NCBI GenBank assembly: GCA_963924565.1
Contig: OZ004610.1
Coordinates: 13,082,001-13,146,000 of the forward strand
From: Ascidiella aspersa
Lineage: Eukaryota
Direction of reading: 5' to 3'
DNA length: 64,000 nucleotides
Shown here: positions 41,201 through 54,098 of the stretch, in pieces
How the letters are laid out: each line of letters opens with the position of its first letter
How positions within the stretch are numbered: position 1 is the stretch's first letter
Translations under genes and position numbers: made by a program
Notes under the pieces: generated by a model
Databases searched by the model: none
Told to the model about the DNA's origin: nothing
Seen by the model: only the letters and a program-made list of their open reading frames with translations

Positions 41201-44200
41201 GACGATGAGGACAACCGCCGTCGCGGATCCTTCCTGGACAATATGAAGAGGAGTTCGTCAAAGGAAAGCCTCCCGCTCAACAAGAGAGGGTCGCTCACCG
41301 GCAAGCAATCACCGCTGGTGATTCAAACGACCGAGGCCGCCATCTTCGGTGGTGAGTCTCCGAGCGAGGAGAAGTTCTTCAACGACTCCTCCCCTACAGA
41401 CGAGGCCAGCATCAAAAACAAGCGAAGGACCAGCTCGCTACACAAGCTGATCAAGGCGCCTACGTACGCGGCGAGCGCGCCCACCACCCCGCGCCGCTCC
41501 CCCGAGTCGACCCCTTCGACGGACCCCACGTCCACCGATGATTCGGACCCGCCAAGGCCAACAACGCTCACCCTTCTGAAGCGCGAGCGATCCAAGACCG
41601 AAGGAGACTTCGACGGTCAACGCCCGGTGGTACCGAGCCCCAACGGTGAGCGTCACGGCTCCTTGGACAATCACCTCGTTAGACCGCCGCTGCCCAAGGC
41701 TAAGCCGGGAAATCAAAAAACGGCCGCGCCTGATCGACCACCGGCTTCTCAGCAGCAAAATAAACCCGGAGACCTGCTGAAAACGCCGCGGCCGCATAGC
41801 GACGCGCCATCCGAGACCTCGACCGATTCACTGGGGACTTCGTACAGCAGCGGCATCACCTCGTCGCTCTCGGGCGAGTTCAACGCCTTCGAGGAGTACG
41901 ACAAGATCGCGCAGGAGATCAACGACGATGGAGCTCCGCCTGTGCCGCCCAAGAAGCCCTCAAAGAAGCTCTCGACCGCTGAGTCTGTGGATTCGGGCTC
42001 GAGCGTTCGCGACTCACTCGAAGTGCCATCTAAGCGCGGTACCAACGCCGACAGTTGGAGCGACTTCGACAACAGCGATGACGAGAGCGTTGTCGGCACA
42101 CAAAACAAGCCGCGCTCCAACTCGATATCGCCCAGCCCAAGCGCGTCGGTAAGGAAAACCACCTGGGTCTTAAATGTGAATTTTGTATTGATGACGAATT
42201 AGCATCCCCTTTGATGCACTGTTTCTGTAGAAACACTGGTTTTCTGAAAAAACCCTCCATGCGCGCTTGTCGCTTACTCAAAGTTCCGTTTTTCTAACGA
42301 TATTAAATTTAGCAATGCTTGCTTTGATAAAACCACCTTTACTTTGTGTTGGAGAACACCGTACCGCAAAACGAGTTTTCTCTAAACACATTACTTAGAG
42401 GTCCATCGAAGCATTTTGGCCCCTTGTATCCCCCTCAAAGTAGATTGTTGTTTGTTTTGTGAGCAATAATGGTTTCAGTTCCATGTTAACCCCCTCTAAC
42501 ACGTCACATTTGTTAAAAGCGGTTGGCAAATTGCCCAGTGCGACAGCATAAGGGTTTAAAACGGGAAAGTACCGGAGCGCTGCGTGGTCGCCCCTTCCCC
42601 TTTCGGCGTGAGTTGTTGTGATAAGCCGACAGGGCTCAGTTCTAGTGGGTAAATGCTCTAACACGTCACGCACTTTGCAGCTGAAAGAGCCGAGCGAAGT
42701 GAAGAGGCACAACATCGCCAAGGAGTTGCTGAGCACCGAGGAGTCGTACGTGGCAGTGCTGCACCTCATCGATCAGGTGAGAAACGACGCTCCTTTGTTT
42801 GAAAGCTTTGTGCGTGGTGTCTAAAAGTGACGAAACTCAAAATGACCTATACACAATAACGCTAAAAATGTTTGCTATCTGAGTTAACCCTTAAAAAACT
42901 GGCGACATATTTTGGGTTCATCAAACTCTACGCGCCTTTTCATTATTTAAACTTGCGCCTTTTTGCTAGCCCGGCGTCACCCAAATGAGAGTCTGTACAT
43001 TAGGTATTACCATTATTATGATAGGACTTATCGACTAAAACAATATTGGAACGATTTTGAAAAGCCCTAAGCTCCTACCAAACTACGAGCCATTTATTCA
43101 GGATTAGCAAACCTAAAACAATTAAACAACTATTATATAGCGCCGAAACCAGTCATTCCGAATAAATTAACAGCGTAATATGTTCTTGACTCAGGTTTTT
43201 CATAAGCGAATCATGGAGGCCGCCGTTCAGAAGCACATCATGCCCGAAACGGTGGTGAACAACATATTCTGTCACATTCCAGCGATCTACCAGTTCCACA
43301 GCAGTTTTTTGCTGCCACAGCTGCGGGAACGCCTGGACCAGTGGTACGACTATACGTGCATACTTTTATTTGTTGTCGGGTGGTGTGTGGTCCCTTGTGC
43401 AACTCAATAAATATAGCCAAGTTGTTACTGATTAATAGCTTTTACTGTGCCACTGAAGTTTTATGACGTTTGGACGGTTTAGTTAGACTTAGTCCAAGTG
43501 TTTTAAAGTTGGATTAAATTAAGCTATGTTTAGATTGGTAGGCTATACAAAATGTAAATGTGTCCCGGTTTCAGAATGCGGCTAAATCAAAACTATGAAG
43601 TGCATACATTGACCGATGCGAAAGGCTAGCTAGTTTACGTCTTGATTTTTTTCATTTTACTACAATCAAAACCATGTTCATAACTGAACCAAATAATACG
43701 AGTTAAAGCAAACCAGACAATTATTTTGACCTCAAATCGCAGGTTTGCGGATGCGACTTTGTGCCTGATCGGATAATTGATAGGGCCTGGAGCGATTACT
43801 CCGCAGTGCGACATGACGGCGAAAGTTCGCCATTAAAACCGCCGACTATAAAAAAGAGAAAGGAAACTCAGTCGACACGTTTCACACTTTTTTTACTGTG
43901 TGACTGTCTTTGTGTTAAAACCTACTACAAAAAAGCATGATTGATTTTAAATTTAAAAAGTTCAAAACATCGCCTACATCTACAACTTATACTGAACTTT
44001 CTAAAGCGGTGATATGTTTATTTTTTTTTTCTAAATAGTATTTACAAAGTACTAATACACGAAATACAAACCTCGGTTTGGATTTTGGCGGTGTCGTGAT
44101 CTGTTTTACGATCCATTTGCATTCATTACGATGTGCACAGGCGACATGACGTGTCGGTCTCTTATGTTTGCCCACCTTTTTTGTCGACAGGGAAACCAAA

Positions 44201-47200
44201 CCCAAGATAGGCGATATCATGACGCAAGCGGCTCCCTTTCTGAAGATGTACAGCCTTTACGTGCAAAACTTTGACGACGCCATCAACTTGATCAAGACCT
44301 GGTCGGAAAAGTCGCGCGACTTCGACGGGATCATCAAGTCGATCCAGAAGCTTCCGGAGTGCAACTTTCTCACTCTGCAGGTGAGAAAGATTCGCCGAAT
44401 GTTGCTCACAGTTTCTGCTTTTATCCTATAAATACCTCGACCTCCTGTGTTATTCGTTCGTGTGAACGTACAGAGGGTTCGTTTTGCAATAAGTTTGGAG
44501 CCGTTTGACTGGCGTTTTATATCGCTATTATTTGGATAATATTAGTGTTTCTTAAATTGTGCTAACTTACAAAATGATCTAAAAGTAGACAAAAAATGGC
44601 GTTTTGCAATATTGATCTTTGTCCAAAGTCTACTTAAAAATATATGTAATAAACTTTGTATAAGATGGATGAAAACGTATAGGCCTACAAAATGGGTAAC
44701 GGTCCAAGCATTTTCTTTCATACACAAATGTATTTAGCACCACATGTTGGGCCCCGTGCAACGAGTGCCTCGCTACAAGATGTTGTTGGAAGATTACGTG
44801 AAGCGTCTGCCCGACGATGCCGAAGAGAAACCTGTTGCCGAAACTGCGTTGCAGCTGATTTCAACCGCCGCCACTCATTCGAATGAGATGATGAAGAAAA
44901 TGGTAAGAAAACTAGAAACCTGTCCATAGATTTTCTGTTTTTGCGAAACCGAAAAAACGGCAAAAGAATGAATTAAAATAGTACAAATACATTTATATTA
45001 ATTTAAAATAGGGTCAGATGGTGCTATGTGTCATATGCGTAACAAGGTGTGGGTTGACACATCTCATACAGACGCATGATTAGCCCGTCATCATTCCCGT
45101 TTGACCTTAGAAGGATCTGCTATAAAAACCTCGAAATTTAGTTCAAAGATGTGCGGGTAATTTTATCGTTTGTGGGGCGCACAATTTAGGCTGGTTAGGC
45201 TCAACAGACATTTTTGAGGCTCATTAAGATTAGCCTGTTGAAGATTCTAAAGCGTTGAGGGGTAAAATTATTGATTTTTGCAGGACAAATTTCATAAACT
45301 CGTCAACGTTTTCAACCGCTTGGCTGACGTCAACTTTGACATCGTCGACGTTTCACGCGAGCTTTTGCGGGAAGGCAAAATCATCAAGATCTCGGCGCGA
45401 AACGGCGAAAAATACGAAAGATACCTGTACTTGGTAAGCTAATAGAGTTACAATACAGCTACATGTTTATTACACATATGTTTGCACCGAAAGACTATAA
45501 AAGGATAATAACAAAACATACCTATTTTCGACGGAAATGCCTTGTTTTGCAACGTATTATTAAAGCTTATATGCCATCGGTTCTAGATAGCGCCGCTTAC
45601 CAACACAAGAACGCTCCTAAAAGTTACGTGCACTTCTACAGTAAACCAAGGCTAAACGCGTTGTTCCAGTTGGGCATTTGTTTTCAATGCGCGATCACCT
45701 GTGCCCGTTAACAATATAAGCGATGTCGATCATCATTAGGCGAGATAGTTATCGCCGCGATGCAAGACGGATCTCGTGACAGAAAGTCATGCTTATGTTG
45801 TTACAGTTCAGCGACATGTTGCTATGCTGTACGCCGCTCAACCGACTGCAAGGCAAATCGTACCGGGTCACCGCCAAGATCGACCTTGACGGTATGGAGA
45901 TTGTCGATGCTAAGAACGCGACCGTGTCGAACGTGTTTTGCGTGAACGGCACGCAGAAATCGATGGAGTTTGCAACCGGGTGAGTGAAAGTTTTCACGAA
46001 TTTATTTGATTTTTTTGCAAACTAAATTGCAAATATTCGATTTAAACGGCCGCGATGCGTATCTGTTTGGATTTAGCTTTTGGAATACCTGTTAGCTTGT
46101 TGCTGGCGCGTATCTAGAAAAACTAAATTATAAATTTATACAATTAAACTGTATTTTGTAGATTTTAATTTGAAAACAGCAAGTTAATCATATTTCACAA
46201 AAGTCTTTAAAGCTAGAACTTAAAATCGGCATAAAATCGCTTGTCTAAAAACGACTTGCGATTCCCAATTGTAAATTTCGTAGCAGCAATGTTAGGGCAC
46301 AACTGGAATGTTGTTGATATCGCCTTAGACGCATACACCTCAAACCGGTTTTGCCGTGTTTACTTATCATTCGATTGTAAATCGTGATTGATTGTAGAAG
46401 CACTGTAGACAAATGCCTTTCTAACGTTAAAGCATGTGCGTTTCAGGACCGCAGAGGAAAAAGACTCCTGGATGGAGGCGATCATCACCGCGGTCCAGGA
46501 ATTCGTAGAACGCAAAAAGTCCTTCGCGCTTCGCGTCAAGTCGCCGGTTGACACCCAAGGCTCCGCCGACGCCGCAGCCTTTGCAAACGGGGCCGCCCAT
46601 CAGGGAACTCACCTCAACGACGCCAGTCCGGTTCACCCGGCGCCGGCGTCGGCCAACGACCAGCTAATGGACGACGCCGACCTGGGCCTGCGGGCGCCAC
46701 GCTGGATCAAGGACCACGAAGTGACGATGTGCATGTGCTGCCAGAAGCCCTTCAGCACACTGCTGCGACGAAGACACCACTGCAGAGCCTGCGGCAGGGT
46801 GAGTCCTAAAAAAGTTTGGGCCTCATGCGCGTGGAGAAACAACCGACTTTTGGCGCCCTTTATAAGTCATTAACAAAACTTTTCTGAGATGTCTCCAGTA
46901 TAGCCATGTTTTCCCAAAGCTCTTGTTATCACCGTGCGTTACCGGTATTGTTATGCAGTTTCAACTTGACTGTTCTCGTGACCTTTTAAATATTTTGACT
47001 TTGTGTGACACGGCAGTTAAAAACAAACGTTAGCCAACTAATCGTCTTTTCATATTAGTATCGATTGTTTGAAAAACATTCAATACCCAAATATATGATC
47101 TGTCTAGCAAAGCATATTTTAGTATTTTTAGGAAAAAGCAATTAAGAAGAAAGTGATATAGGCTATATTTTTCCATCATAAGAAAACGCTTTCTGTTGAA

Positions 47201-48603
47201 TCAAGTATTTCCGCAATCCAATTGACAAAAACACTCTTCTTCTCAGGTCGTGTGCTCCGAGTGCTCCGACCACAAGTTGCAGCTTCAATACGAACCGGAA
47301 AAGTCTCAGAAGGTGTGCATCACTTGCTTCAACAAGCTCACAGGCCGACAGCGAACGGAGGTGGATGACGGAGAGAAAAAGGGCGTCCTCGAGGTAAACG
47401 CCTTTTCCTAAATAACAAGGTTTACCTTTTATGTACAAATTTAAAGTAAACACATTTCTACGCCTTAATGCATAAAAAGGCAGCCGTCTGTTTTGATGTC
47501 GTAATGTAAACGGCAGTTCAAACACTGGATTGACAGTAATTTAACGGTTTAGTTTTTTAGTTGAAACAGTCTATTTCTGTGCCATTTTTTCATCAGAAAG
47601 AGAAAAATAAGGAAGAATCCATGTGAAAAAAAGTGTGTTTAGGTAACTAATGTTGCGTGATTATTTTCTAAACGGCATTATCGCGTCAAGCTTGAAGTGC
47701 GTAATCATAAAATAGGAGCTCTAAGAAGCCTCGTCGGATTATGTGGGGATTAAACCGAGAGTGAACAAAAACACGTCCTTCATTTCACAAGTGTAGCATT
47801 ACGTTTCGTTAACACGCGCCGGAAACCATGTAAGACATTTTAACCTTGGTCGCGTTAACATTTCCACCACGTTTTAATAGGTTGAGGCCGACGCTTTTTC
47901 CAAAAACAGCGTCCTAGCCGAATATCTCTTCTTTTCTGAAAGCGCAAAGAAAAAGGGTTGGACCAAGACCTGGTGTGTGATCCCGAACAACGAACTTTGC
48001 CTTTACTTCTACGGAGCTCACCAGGTTTGTAGAATACACTTGATTTCATATTGCGCAATTTTTATTGCTTTACTGAAACCCTTTGTTATGTAAGGCGCCT
48101 TTTACTTGTGAACAACGAATCACTTATTGATAAGTCCTTATGTGCTCAAAATTTATAAAGCCTAGAAAACAAAGCGTACAAACGTGTAATCACCATGTTG
48201 TTTAATTAAACACGTTTATACATACGCCCTACATTTTACTGCAATCTTGACTGAATGAACCCTTTATATTCACTAGCTTCGAATAATCATATAATGTTGC
48301 TTATTACAGGACGTACGCGCCCAAATGACGATGCCTCTGCCCGGTTACGAGGTGACCGCGGTTAACAGCAACGACCACAGATGCTGCTTCCGGCTGTCAC
48401 AAGCGAGAAAGAACCTCTTCTTCGCCACCAACACCGAGGCCACCATGGAAAGGTGGATGTACGCTCTGCAACGCGCCAGCAAGGGCGAGGACATAACGCG
48501 AGACGAAGTGTACAGCCTCGGGAAGCAGCAGAAACAGTCGCCGTCTGACGAAGGACGCTACTCGAGTGGCGGCAGTAGCGGCGATGAGTCGTGGGAATCG
48601 TAA
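20228..48603 (+). CDS. FGD1/2/3/4: FYVE, RhoGEF and PH domain-containing protein (FGD1-4/frabin-like Cdc42 GEF), 14 coding exons, about 1416 aa
   Basis: Exons 20228-20747, 26468-26731, 32391-32772, 40924-42148, 42681-42776, 43195-43343, 44191-44380, 44738-44902, 45284-45433, 45807-45979, 46447-46798, 47247-47393, 47881-48024, 48310-48603. All GT-AG, phases chain into one 4251-nt ORF. DH: [40 protein letters not shown]1: [18 protein letters not shown]: [13 protein letters not shown]...[18 protein letters not shown]2: WCVIP...YGAHQDVRA...PLPGY. The core from 40924 on is near certain; the three 5' exons rest on splice signals and phase only. Confidence 0.93.
38263..38465 (+). CDS. Candidate alternative first coding exon of the FGD gene (short isoform)
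   Basis: ATG at 38263, open frame [30 protein letters not shown]...[10 protein letters not shown], ends AG|gtatag in phase 2, matching the phase-2 acceptor at 40924. A strong upstream acceptor (tttgtcgcag) ends at 38143. Confidence 0.55.
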
Positions 48604-49370
48604 TAGCACGGATTCAAAAACTTGTCAATGCTTTGCAGACAACCGACTGCTGCTTTTGATTCGTTTCAAGCCATTGGCGGCTGCCTTTTGGCTCGTGCTG
48701 ACGGCCCTACTTAGACGCACTTAATTATTCGTTGTTGTTTTTGTTTTCGTTCTTGTTCTTGTTTTCCTCCCCTATTTTCTGCACATACGTTTTGTTTCGC
48801 TGCCATAGATTATTACTAATATAAACAGAACGTAATGTTACTATTATAGAACAGTCACTGTTTGACCTTGTTGAAAGCTGTTCGGTACCTCTTAGGAAAC
48901 CAGCTCGAATGTAAATGATGTCAGGGCTTGTGCCAATAGGCACTTTAGGAAAGTTGGGGATTTCACCCAACACCCTTAGAGACACTTTGATCCCGTAACT
49001 GTGGTAAAATCCCTTTCAATGACCTGAAAAACAAGTTTTACAATGTATTATCGTTGTTGCTGAATATTTCTTGCGTTAAGTTCCAGTGTAAAGTTATTTA
49101 TCGCCACCGTGTTTCAAGTTAATCATAACAGATTTCCGATTTTTCGTCGCCCTTTGCCATGCCTAAATTCCCCAGATCTATGATTCCTTTTGGTCGGTTT
49201 GCGTCTATTCGTCATTCCACATGTAATTTTTGAGACGAACCAAATGCCGAATATCTGATTGAAAGCCGCCCGACGACCATCTTCACGCCTTTGCTTGTGT
49301 CGCTTCTTTCGTTCTAATTTATCCCGATCACTGTATTTGCGCTTGTCATAATTTGTTGGTTATTTTTATC

Positions 49371-49376
49371 AATAAA
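49371..49376 (+). terminator. Probable polyadenylation signal of the FGD gene
   Basis: First AATAAA I see after the stop at 48603, followed by a GT/T-rich segment. Confidence 0.5.
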
Positions 49377-49529
49377 TTAGAAACTATCTTAAATGGTATT
49401 GTGTCCCTGTCATTGACTAAACGACGTTTAAACAAACAAAAATTGTTTAATAGGCAGTTTAAGCAGTTTTATAATAAATCGAAAATCAAGGGTAAATAAA
49501 TTGTTTGATGTGGCAACAGTCACAGCCAG

Positions 49530-49895
49530 CAAGTCATTATGAGAGTCAATCCACTTCAAGTCAAGTCATTTAAATAAAAATAATGCATTAAACAGCCTAC
49601 TAAACAAATCGGTAAACTCGTCCGATTTAATTATTAGCAATAACTCTAAAAATGACAAAAAACACAACTTACAGCAAGCAATTTTTTTACGTATACAAAA
49701 TTTGTGTTAAATTACCAAGTTTCATTAAAAAAATATTTAAGGAAGGCATTTCATTTTAGCCAAAGTTATTTGACAAAATGACTTAATTAAGTAGACTATA
49801 ATTTGAGTAATTTTGGTCAAAAGACTTGGGAAAATCAAGTCATTTGAACATAGTGACTTAACTTTACTTGGAATCACTCTTGAGAATGTTCTTGC
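49530..49895. repeat. Old MITE relic with (CAAGT)n / (ACTTG)n inverted subterminal repeats
   Basis: caagtcaagtcatt on the left mirrored by agtgacttaactttacttgg on the right; boundaries approximate. Confidence 0.45.
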
Positions 49896-50766
49896 GAAAT
49901 CAATCAAGGCTCAAGTAACTATTTATAACTACAAATGAGCCACCAAACCTTCGGTCAATCTGGTCTAGACCTAAGTAGCCTACGACAAATACGTTACATA
50001 TTAGAAGCTTGTGTCTCAGTTCATTTTTCTAATCTGAACTCTTTGCAAAATCTATAGTCACCTAGTGCATTCAACCGCTCCACAATCCTCGAAATTCAGA
50101 AAACTATGCCATCGTCTAAAAATACTTGAACGAAACGTTTAAACTATCCTATATAAAAGCTGTAACCTAAACTAAACCAGTTTTGGGTCTCATGGGCAAA
50201 ATAAGGTGAAGAAAGTGGTTTGATTATGAGTTCTCATTAATTGTCTTTTGCCCGATGAATCTTCCCTACTTCTCCAATGGGAATTGCAGAGTCTAAATAC
50301 AAGTCCGCACAGTTTTTGTTGGCTGGCGCTGAGCAAGCCAGCATGCAATCCAGCAAGCAACAACCGTTCTGTTTATTGACTAGACATGACTGGTGTATAT
50401 TCATATAACGCTATAGCATATACAAGTTGAGAATTTGTATGAAAAAGAAAGGCGACACGGAAAATCGGAAATGTTTTATAACCCGAAGCCTTTTTGGCAG
50501 CCGGGAACTGTGACAGCAACGCGTTCACACAGGTGAAATACTTTTATCTGTAACGGAAATATGTGTCACACAAAAACATTTGTCATGTGTGAAAACAGCC
50601 GAAGCTTTGTTCTCAGAGTGACAGCGAAAGTTTTCAATAAAAGCATGAAAGAGTATCCACATAATGCACACTCAATAAACACCTGAAATACTCAATTAAA
50701 CATCTGAAATGACCCCAGATGCTACAAAGGCATAAATATGATTTTTCAGCTAAGTATATCCCATAT

Positions 50767-51232
50767 TAGCGTGGTCCAACTACAGGCCCGCGAGCCAAAA
50801 GTGGCCCGCGGACTCTTTTTATTGGCCAATGAGCTTTTTTTTGTGGGCTAGAAATGAAATCAAAAAAATATTTTTTCACATATTTAAACGCAAATTTTAT
50901 CTCGCTTATGTTAAATTATATCGGTTTCGCGCGAATGCCGAGCGCTTTACGGCCTTGGACTCGGTAAAAACTGAAATTTCTGTCAAATTATCTGGTTACT
51001 GCACCTTTCATACACATTCGCGCTTCGCGGTATGAATTTACTTCGGTTGCATAATTGCACATCAGTTGTTTTAAAAACGAAACGTTTCTAAAGAATACAT
51101 GAATTCGGACGTAATTGTGACGTCATATGTCCCCCGCCAACTAAAATTCGGATACGCCATTACATCTTTGGCCCGCTTCATGAAATTAATTGTTTCTGTT
51201 GGCCCGCGACAAAATATATTTGGACCACGCTG
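50767..51232. mobile_element. hAT (Charlie-type) MITE
   Basis: TIRs TAGCGTGGTCCAA...TTGGACCACGCTG, subterminal GGCCCGC motifs; TSD tcccatat/tcccataa. Confidence 0.85.
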
Positions 51233-51361
51233 TCCCATAATATCTAATCGTAAAGTTATAGCCTACTAGGGTAGAACACACTACATAACTGAAAAATTTA
51301 GTCAAAAATTTAGAAGCTTTTTTACAGATTTCGAATACCAATCGTCTCCTGTAGGCAAGCC

Positions 51362-51806
51362 CAGTGCTCTTCAACCGGTGTGCACGCTGCACCCTAGGGT
51401 GAACTAAAATATACTTGGGGTACACCTGTACGAAAAGGTATAGGCCTACAAGGGTTCATCACAAACTTTTAATGAACCAATAATATTTGACATTCTGGAT
51501 ATTAGAAAAAAGATGGTTTCAATTTCAACTGATGTATAAGGGTAGGTTTCAATTCAACTGATGTATAAAAATCCTGTTTTATGACATGCAATAGTACTCG
51601 CAGCCTGTAGTCATAATCGAACTCTCGCCGACAGTGTGCAAAACTTCGGCAGCTCCGCGCGGTTTAATTGAGATGATGATATTGATATGCATAATGATTT
51701 TTCATATCGCTTTTTACCTTAGTTTACCTTTTAAGTAAACAAGGTGCATGAGTTCGTCACAACAACCTTAATAGTTCACCAAACCCAAAAAGGTTGAAGA
51801 GCACTG
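51362..51806. mobile_element. hAT (Buster/Charlie-type) MITE
   Basis: Perfect TIR CAGTGCTCTTCAACC...GGTTGAAGAGCACTG; TSD ggcaagcc/ggctagcc. Confidence 0.9.
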
Positions 51807-51849
51807 GGCTAGCCAACGCGATCTTTATTTGTCAGAATTTTTGAATGTA

Positions 51850-54098
51850 GGGGAAGGTTGCCCTAGATGGGACGTTGCCTGAGTCGGGACTTGAGGATTA
51901 TATCAACGTGCCATTAGGTAGCCCCAATTCGTAATTATTTTTTGAAGCACCCAATGGTAGCCATCATTTTAACACAAAAACATTTCGGTAGGCTGACGGC
52001 GTTTTTACAACATATCAATCTAAAGAAAATAGGGGTGTTTTCTTGCTGGTTTTATTATTTTTATATTTGAGTTATTTCATATTTGTTGAAGTTGTATAAA
52101 ATGCATTTTTTACCAATATATGGGTAATTTACCAAGTTTACTTATACAGGTAAGTTTTTCATATTATCTTGTACCTATAAGCAGCCAGTATCATTGGCGC
52201 CCGCACGGGAGGAAAGGGGGGGCACTTGCCCCCCCCCCCTGGAATTTCAAAATGCGATTATTAGTATTATTTATAAGTGCAATATGTATTACTTATGAAG
52301 GTTAAAAATATTATACATTATCCATTGCCCCCAGTGGCGTATCCAGGGGGTGGGGCGGAAGTTATTACCCCCTTTTTGTAAGTGATATTATCGTTTTTTG
52401 TTCGTTTTTGTCATGGTTTAAAAAAACTGTTCGAAGCGGCGTGCTTTTTAAGTAATTGGGTCACGCGTCTTAATCTAATGCGAAACCAAAATCGAGTGCA
52501 AAACGCCGTTTTCCGTTTTTTGTTTGGTCGACTATAATCGCTGGAAGTTTTTCTCTTTCGTTATTTGTTTAGGTTGACTGATCAACAAGTGTGTATTGGA
52601 CAATTGACAACGCTAAGTCGAACCTTCTTTCCTTTTTTTCCTTTTTTCTTGCTGCAAAACGTCGAGTTATACGCAGTATGTTCCTCGCTGTTCGGTCTCT
52701 GCGCTAATATCCGAGGTTGGTGTAGCATCGACATTTGTTTAACTGAAGCAGATTCTGAAAAGGAGGTATAATGGTGACTGTCGTGCGCGTTTCAAAGTCT
52801 TCATTTTTAAGTAATGATGGTTAACGCAAAATTATGCTCTTTAAGCATACTCTAAGAACACGTGCTAAGTATGCAATGGACAGAACTTATTTCCCCTCAA
52901 CCGCAGCTTGTAATTTAGCTGACTTGGCACACAGCTCGGCGCAGATGTTGTGCTAATCGTGGCATAATAACACCCGGAAAAAACGATCTTCGTTTAGTAT
53001 TGCAGGTGGTGAAAGACGTGCTTGCAATTTAGCGCTCGTTCCGTTCATGGAACTTGAAAACTGCGCCGCTGATAGTCGAATTATGTGTGATTTTACCACA
53101 ATTAATCACACATATTTCACGGTCATAGTTTGTTTTTTTGCATGAAGTTAACGATTGCACACCGTGATTTCGCAACTGGCTCCTGACAGGATTGTTGACG
53201 ACGCACGTGGTCGCTTTTGCTGAACGTATTTGGCTGTTCTGATTAGTTTTGTTATCACGTCTTGCAATCACCATTCTATGACGTCATACCGTCACTGTTT
53301 TATGACGTCATTATTGATTAACGTCAGACGAAAAATAGGGGAATTCCCTAAGTTGAAAATGCAACCTACATTTTGGGTTATTGTGACAAAAAAAATGGAC
53401 TTGCCATTGCCTCTTTTGAAGAAGCTAACATTTTGTTATAGTTCAACTAACAAATTTTAATATGGCTAGTTTAAAATTTTTTATGTATGACGTAAAACAT
53501 TTATACGGTTTACCTATCCATAAAATACGTACCTATTCGAATTAAAACAAAATTATTGCTTAAAAGTTCACTAAAAAACAAACGAGCAAACAGACAAGAT
53601 TTGGCCTAGGTCGTGTGCGTTGAGAGCTATCAACACAGGCAGAATATTTGCATAATGTATTCACAAAAAAAATAAAGGTCCAAGACAGTCACTCTTTGCC
53701 ACACACTTGTCCTGTTAATTTAAAAATATTAATTTTCGCTTACCACAGCAAATTCGTTCTAAGATTCTGTGAATTGTTCTAAACAGGCTAGTTTTAAACT
53801 TATGTAAGTGTAGCAGGTGGAGTTCAAGTTGTTTATAATGCTTGTGGTACAAATTGATCAATTTAAAACAACGGATTCTTCCTGTCCCATCTTGCGAATC
53901 ACACTGACCCATCATATGAAACTGGTTTCTAAAGACGGGACACAACAACGTTAGAACGCTAGAGGCAAAGTTATAAGTGTTTTTTAAGCGTAAAGGGCAG
54001 AGGTATCAAGTATAGGCATGATATTATTCAAAATTATTGTTATAATTGAGAACTACAATCATTTGAAAAAACGTGTCCCATCATGGGCAACCTTCCCC
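51850..54098. mobile_element. TA-flanked non-autonomous DNA transposon (Tc1/mariner-pogo-like) hosting composite copy 2
   Basis: TA|GGGGAAGGTTGCCC..ATGGGAC ... GTCCCATCATGGGCAACCTTCCCC|TA; internal tgtcccatc repeats near 53883. Confidence 0.8.
52192..53360 (-). mobile_element. Composite hAT-like element, copy 2 (inverted, one end lost)
   Basis: Colinear with the reverse complement of about 8310-9394, including the outer TIR and the inner/outer junction attgcccc|cagtggcgtatccagg. Confidence 0.92.

Noticed and set aside
41107-42281. Several antisense or alternative-frame ORFs over the large FGD exon
   Set aside because: Shadow ORFs of GC-rich coding sequence.
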